Positions 9,348-14,831 of a stretch of DNA of 14,831 nucleotides are shown piece by piece; the stretch's first letter is position 1, and the number at the start of each line of letters is the position of its first letter. Source of the stretch: Octopus sinensis (Eukaryota); NCBI RefSeq assembly GCF_006345805.1, contig NW_021825717.1:1-14831 (forward strand), read 5' to 3'. Both the position numbers and the translations under genes were made by a program. A model generated the notes under the pieces. The model saw only the letters and a list, made by a program, of their open reading frames with translations, was not told where the DNA came from and made no database searches.

Positions 9348-10094
9348 AAAACTAACGAATTAATTAACTGCAAAGAAACGAATTGGCTACAACCAGTGCA
9401 TGTGTATTTTATACTGACGGAATGACCTCCTTTCAAAAGTACAAAAATATCTCTTTCTGCACACGCTTGCACAAAATGCAAAAATCTATCATAAAATCAT
9501 ATATGGGAAATATCTAAAACACATAAAGAAATAAATGTCATTTAACTAAATAACTGATTCTATAGAACGAATGTTAATACATAACAATATAAAGTCGTGT
9601 TGCAGAGATATAAAAACTTAACATACCAATGCTATATAAATTGTTATAACTTCAAATTTAGACATGATGGATAAATTTGCATAGGATTTTCGCAATAACC
9701 ATGCAATGAATCACCAAAATATACATTTAACTCAATAAAGAACAAATTTTTGATGCAGACCAAGTGTATTCTAATAATAGTATTCCTTAGAATAATAGAA
9801 TTCCAAAGAAAGAAATCAATTTATCCAATTTTATTCAAAGAAGAACAAGCCGGCTTATAAGTACGCCATAAGAGTCTTTTAGTTGATATTCAGATATAAT
9901 CAAATGCCGAACTTTTTGGAAAGTTTGGCTTCTTTTAACTATGACATTTATGGACTGAATTTGAAAAATATTGGCTTGTCATTTCTCTTCTTTCTTAGAA
10001 AATGCCATCTTGTAGAGGTTACTGCGTTGACATTTAGTACGAGAGCAGAGCCACGCTAACGTCGGCATTAATGTATGCGTGTGAAGACCGTCAC

Positions 10095-10197
10095 CCATAA
10101 TCAAAACATCCTCTTCCAAGTAAATATGAGACGAAGCACTGAAATGGTCGTTCTGTCTCTGGAGGGCATTAGCGACATAAGATAAGCGTTCTGCCAA
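10095..10197 (-). CDS. Candidate internal exon (LAERLSYVANALQRQNDHFSASSHIYLEEDVLIM), product unknown
   Basis: Acceptor tttaccatctttcag|TTG, open frame in non-repetitive sequence, weak donor TGG|gtgacg. No family recognised. Confidence 0.22.
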
Positions 10198-10445
10198 CTG
10201 AAAGATGGTAAACCCCATTCTGTAATAACCACCACCACCACCATCAGCACTACCACTCTCAGCCACGATTTGTCTGTCACTCGTTTTAACAAATAGTCAA
10301 ATGGGTCGATGAAGGGGAAAACTTTCGCGCAATTCCTCGACCATCGCAATTTAATAGCCACGGAATTTTCGCCTCCAATCACTCGCTTCATACCACCTGA
10401 TTGCATTGTTTTTGGAAATTCATGTGTGTGTGTGTGTGTGTATGT

Positions 10446-10558
10446 GAAGGTGCATGGCTCAGTGGTTAAAGTGTCTTGCTCATAATCATGAGGTAGTGAG
10501 TTCGATTGTTGGACAGTGCTGTGTGTTGTTTTCTTGAGCAAGAAATTTTATTTCACGT
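10446..10558 (+). mobile_element. tRNA-derived SINE family A, 5' portion
   Basis: A-box TGGCTCAGTGG 10455-10465, B-box-like gttcgatt 10500-10507, ttcttgagcaagaaattttatttcac body shared with 3615-3735. Confidence 0.75.
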
Positions 10559-10586
10559 GAAATTACCGGACATGTCACCTGGTGTG

Positions 10587-10625
<39 letters not shown>

Positions 10626-10627
<2 letters not shown>

Positions 10628-10937
10628 AGGCGCAATGGCCCAGTGGTTAGGGCAGCGGACTCGCGGTTGTAGAATCGCGGTTTCGATTCCCAGACCGGGC
10701 GTTGTGAGTGTTTATTGACCGAAAACACCTAAAGCTCCACGAGGCTCCGGCAGGGGGTGGTGGCGATCCCTGCTGTACTCTTTCGCCACAACTCTTTCTC
10801 TCACTCTTTCTTCTGTTGGCCTGCTCGCTCAGCCAGCGCGGTGGCGTCATTCTAAGGCTAAAACAATGCGAAGCGCATTGTGACCAGCGATGTGTAGCAA
10901 CATCTGATAGCCTGGTCGGTCACGGTGAGCACGGTGA
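10626..10937 (+). mobile_element. tRNA-derived SINE family B, copy 2 (full length)
   Basis: A-box TGGCCCAGTGG 10636-10646, B-box ggtttcgattccc 10679-10691, cacggtga x2 tail; embedded in (TA)n on both sides. Confidence 0.9.
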
Positions 10938-10960
10938 TATATATATATATATATATATAT

Positions 10961-11746
10961 ATGCTTTCGGTGCAAATGATTTTGTTATACGACGCCGTAT
11001 TTTACAATCCTGTGCATAATAGTAATGATATCTCTCTCTATATAAACGGCAGTTTGTCTGTGCGTGTTTCTGTGTGTCTGTTTGGTTGTACCCTCACCCT
11101 GACCACGGCTTTCAACCGATTCTGATGAAACTTGACACACACATAGCCCAATGTCATAATTCAAAACTAACGCTGTGAAAATTTTGAAAAGTTCTCCCAG
11201 TTCTGAAAAAAATCGATAAATTCGACATGGGGTTGAGAATCAGGAACACAAACCACAAACTGTGTAGGGGACGCAACTCCACCTAAAAAATTTACCATCA
11301 TTTTTTTCCATTTTTTTGCTATTCTTTGGCTATAACTCTCTAAAAATGCTTTATAGTTATTTCCCTTACAAACCCGAGCAACGCCGGGCGATACTGCTAG
11401 TTTTTATATAAGCTTAAAGTTTATGGCGTTGACGGTGCAATGACCAAGAAAAATAGTTTAATAACAGGACATATAAGCACTCGACAGAAAAAAGGCTTTC
11501 TCATCCGCATGTGAAGGTAACACACCGAGTCATGTTAACAAAGGGATGTGGGTTCGCGTCCCACGTTGATGGGGAAAACCTTGTTTTTTCTGTCGAGAGC
11601 TTATATGCCCCTTTATTAGACTATTTTCTTTAGTCATTGCACGGTGATCGCCATAAGCTTTAAGCTTATATAAAAATACCATTATTAATATTTACAGGAT
11701 TGTAAAATACGGCACCGTGTAATAAAGCCATTCGCACCGAAAGCAT
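10961..11746. mobile_element. MITE with ~175-bp TIRs, left TIR split by a Helitron
   Basis: Left arm 10961-11030 + 11401-11505 is an imperfect reverse complement of right arm 11568-11746 (atgctttcggtgc...gcaccgaaagcat); ~60-bp non-coding core. Confidence 0.88.
11031..11400 (+). mobile_element. Non-autonomous Helitron, copy 2 (370 bp)
   Basis: Same family as 6629-7001; 5' TC after A11030, identical terminal hairpin, CTAG 11397-11400 followed by T11401. Confidence 0.9.
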
Positions 11747-11758
11747 GTGTATGTGTGT

Positions 11759-12075
11759 GTGTCCTTATTATAGCCTCAGGCCGACCAAAACCTTGTGAGT
11801 GGATTTCGTACTCGGAAACAGAAAGAAGATTGTCGTATATATGAGTGTGTGTGTGTGTGTGTGTGTGCCTGTGTCTTGTTTTTGTACCCTCACCATTGCT
11901 TGACAACTGATGTTGCTGTGTTTACATTCCTGTAACTTAGCGGTTTGGTAAAAGACACTGACAGAATGAGTACTTGGCTTACAAAGAATAAATCCTCTGT
12001 TGATTTTTCTTCGACCAACGGCGGTGCTCCAGCATGGTCGCAGTCTCATGACTGAAGCAAGCAAAACAATAAAAA
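11759..12075 (+). mobile_element. SINE family D, 5'-truncated
   Basis: tatagcctcaggccgacc...gtaacttagcggtt...gtgctccagcatggtcgcagtc...atgactgaagcaagcaaaacaataaaaa; homologous to ~7190-7459. Confidence 0.8.
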
Positions 12076-12119
12076 TCTATGTCATTTAAAACCCGAGCAC
12101 GGCCGGGTATCTCTGCTAG
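12076..12119 (+). mobile_element. 44-bp Helitron-like unit (5' TC end joined directly to 3' hairpin-CTAG)
   Basis: A|tctatgtcatttaaaacccgagcacggccgggtatctctgctag|T; hairpin CCCG(A)GC-ACG-GC-CGGG, 8-nt spacer, CTAG. The 3' end is convincing, the 5' end less so. Confidence 0.6.
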
Positions 12120-12151
<32 letters not shown>

Positions 12152-12485
12152 ATATTACACACCAAAAAGCGATAAATTATAGATCAATATGTAAAGATAT
12201 AGTATTCTTCTGTAAGTTTTAACTAAACGACTCAAAAATGGCTGCACTCCAAGATTCGCGTTTTCCTCTTTCGGCTGACAATTTAAGAACATCTTGCTTC
12301 TTAAATCTTCTGATATTTAAATATATTTCAAGATACTTTTGGAAGCTACCGAGAAATGCTTAACTCACTTATTTTTTGAAATATTTAGAAGTTACGTAAG
12401 CGGCATTATATAATAACGGCTATTTCGTGATCTTGAGTTGCATTTTCCATTCTTTCTTGGAAATAAATAAAAAAAAAAATCTTAC

Positions 12486-12542
12486 CATCTTTAGGCTTCA
12501 AGAATTCAGCAGCATCTTCTGGTATCGCTTCTTGTAACGGTC
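12486..12542 (-). CDS. Candidate 57-nt exon (GPLQEAIPEDAAEFLKPKD, or a UTR exon ending in ATG), product unknown
   Basis: Strong donor GATG|gtaagattttt at 12485, modest acceptor gttgctcag| at 12543; only one of three frames is open to the donor. Confidence 0.3.
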
Positions 12543-12728
12543 CTGAGCAACACTAATGCTATCAAGGAATGTTTGTATTTTTTTAATCCACAATACATCT
12601 CTGGGATTTCACAGTCAGGAAATTTCTGGGATAAATAACATTGGCAGAACAATGGCGTATAAGTAATTGAGATCAGACCATCCCCACGGAATGGAGTGTC
12701 GGTTCGTCGCAGAGTTACTCATTTACGA

Positions 12729-13485
12729 CTGAGTGGATTAAGACAACATGAAATTAAGTGCTTCGCTGAAGAACACAGCGCACCACCTGCCCTTGGAACT
12801 GAAATCACGATGGCAAGATCCGAACCACTAGGAGCTGCGTGGACTAGCAGGGCATCACCTGGACCGGAAATCGAAACCACGATGGCAAGATCCGAACCAC
12901 TAGGAGCTGCGTGGACTAGCAAGGCATCACCTGGACCGGAAATCGAAACCACGATGGCAAGATCCGAACCACTAGGAGCTGCGTGGACTAGAGAAACGTG
13001 AAGTGTAGTATTTTTCTGAAGAACACAGGGCATCACCTGGACCGGAAATCGAAACCACGATGGCAAGATCCGAACCACTAGGAGCTGCGTGGACTAGCAG
13101 GGCATCACCTGGACCGGAAATCGAAACCACGATGGCAAGATCCGAACCACTAGGAGCTGCGTGGACTAGAGAAACGTGAAGTGTAGTATTTTTCTGAAGA
13201 ACACAGGGCATCACCTGGACCGGAAATCGAAACCACGATGGCAAGATCCGAACCACTAGAGGAGCTGCGTGAACTAGAGCAAGTAAAAAGAAGTGTTTTG
13301 CTCAGAAACACTACACACCTCCAAGACCGAGAATCGAAACTACGATCGCAAGATCCGAGCTACTAGGAGCTTAATGTACTGCAGCAACATGAAATGAAGT
13401 GTTTTGTGGAAGAACACAACACAGAGTCCGGTCCGGGAATCGAAACGACAATCACAAGATCTTAACCAGAAGGCCACGCACCTTC
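12729..13485 (-). repeat. Tandem array derived from a SINE-A-like tRNA head (72-bp and 106-bp units)
   Basis: Anchor aa-gatc at 12817, 12889, 12961, 13067, 13139, 13245, 13352, 13458 (spacings 72, 72, 106, 72, 106, 107, 106); minus strand has a ggtttcgatttcc B-box per unit; SINE start gaaggtgcgtggcc at 13485. Confidence 0.9.
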
Positions 13486-13879
13486 ACTTAAGATACCGCC
13501 ATAAATCAGGTGAATCAACCTCCAAGACATTAATTACTTCGACTTAGTTAAATTCTGATTTATTGGAACATCTGTTATTGTCTCGTGCACTCATTAATGT
13601 TACTCCTATTAATCATCAATCAACGCTTGCCTTGGTTTACAGTGGAAACCACTGACAGTTTTATCCAAGCTAATATTGCTCAGCGGAATGGTTTAGTCGT
13701 TAAATAATTCAGAGGCAACAGCTATGTGATAGCATATACACTGCTTAAGTTCTGATTTATGGGGACATACGAAGCGGGTGTCAAATACGTGGGGAAATAT
13801 TACAGACTGCAGTCACTATTAGCCATGCGCAATCAGCGGCACAGCTAGTGTATGTACAGCTCGGAGAATTACATAAACT

Positions 13880-14831
13880 AGCTGAGTTTGCCGCCCTCCC
13901 CTATCCCGGGCCCACAATCCTATACGGGTTTAAACAACAGGCCCCACCAAGTTCCAGCTAGGTAACCTGTGTTTAGCACCCACAGGCCCATAAGCCTGTA
14001 TAGGTTTAAACAACAGACCCGAAAAAGTTCCACCCGGGGTAGCCCCTGAGTTTAACCCCCACAGGCCACCAACCATGGGGCATGTTTAAACAACAGACCC
14101 GAAAAAGTTTCACCCGGGGTAGCCCCAGAGTTTAACCCCCACGGGCCATCAAACATGGGCATGTTTAAACAACAGACCCGAAAAAGTTCCACCCGGGGTA
14201 GCCCCTGAGTTTAACCCCCACGGGCCACCAAGCATGGGCGTATTTAAACAACAGACCCGAAAATGTTTCACCCGGGATAGCCCCTGAGTTTAACCCCCAC
14301 GGACCACCAAGCTTGGGCATGTTTAAACAACAGACCCGAAAAAGTTCCACCCGGGGTAGCCCCTGAGTTTGACCCCCACGGGCCATCAAACATGGGCATG
14401 TTTAAACAACAGACCCGAAAAAGTTTCACCCGGGGTAGCCCCTGTGTTTAGCCCCCACGGGCCACCAAGCATGGGGCATGTTTAAACAACAGACCCGAAA
14501 AAGTTCCACCCGGGGTAGCCCCTGAGTTTAACCCCCACGGGCCACCAAACATCGGGCATGTTTAAACAACAGACCCGAAAAAGTTCCACCCGGGGTAGCC
14601 CCTGAGTTTAACCCCCACGGACCACCAAACATGGGCATGTTTAAACAACAGACCCGAAAAATTTCCATTCGGGGTAGCCCCTGTGTTTAACCCACACAGG
14701 TTCCCAAACCTGTACAGGGTTATACAGCAAACCACAAAAGTACTGCCTGGAGCAGCACTTGAGTTTGTCGCCTCCCTCTCACCGGGCACCCCAAACCTAA
14801 ACAGGCTTATAGAGCAAACCCCAAAGTGCCA
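13880..14831. repeat. 79-80-bp GC-rich satellite, ~12 units, running off the window end
   Basis: Anchor gtttaaac at 13928, 14004, 14084, 14163, 14242 (atttaaac), 14321, 14400, 14480, 14560, 14639; consensus GTTTAAACAACAGACCCGAAAAAGTTCCACCCGGGGTAGCCCCTGAGTTTAACCCCCACGGGCCACCAAGCATGGGCAT; diverged ~87-bp units at both edges. Confidence 0.95.

Noticed and set aside
11586-11600. tttctgtcgagagc similar to the hammerhead-like core at 3401-3415
   Set aside because: No helix II closure or GAAA follows; it is part of the MITE arm.
12696-13256. ORFs with 24-aa repeats (ASPGPEIETTMARSEPLGAAWTSR)
   Set aside because: Arise from the 72-bp SINE-derived unit; the 106-bp units break the frame.
14165-14789. 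Minus-strand ORFs in the terminal array as a repetitive protein
   Set aside because: The 79-80-bp unit is not a multiple of three, so the frame shifts with each unit.
12729-14831. Possible CRISPR-like arrays
   Set aside because: Units are contiguous tandem copies with no unique spacers, no cas genes, and eukaryotic context.

Overview
Eukaryotic, repeat-saturated DNA with no complete protein-coding gene. The microsatellite load and SINE families look like cephalopod (Octopus-type) intronic/intergenic sequence; this is recognition from memory, not a search. Nearly all ORFs in the supplied track are artefacts of trinucleotide/dinucleotide repeats or tandem arrays. Supported content: four tRNA-derived SINE families (labelled A-D here), two mariner remnants, a long-TIR MITE, two ~370-bp non-autonomous Helitrons plus a 44-bp Helitron-like unit, a probable Penelope-like end with a hammerhead-like fold, a ~0.5-kb inverted duplication, two SINE-derived tandem arrays and a 79-bp GC-rich satellite. 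A few short minus-strand exon candidates are weak.
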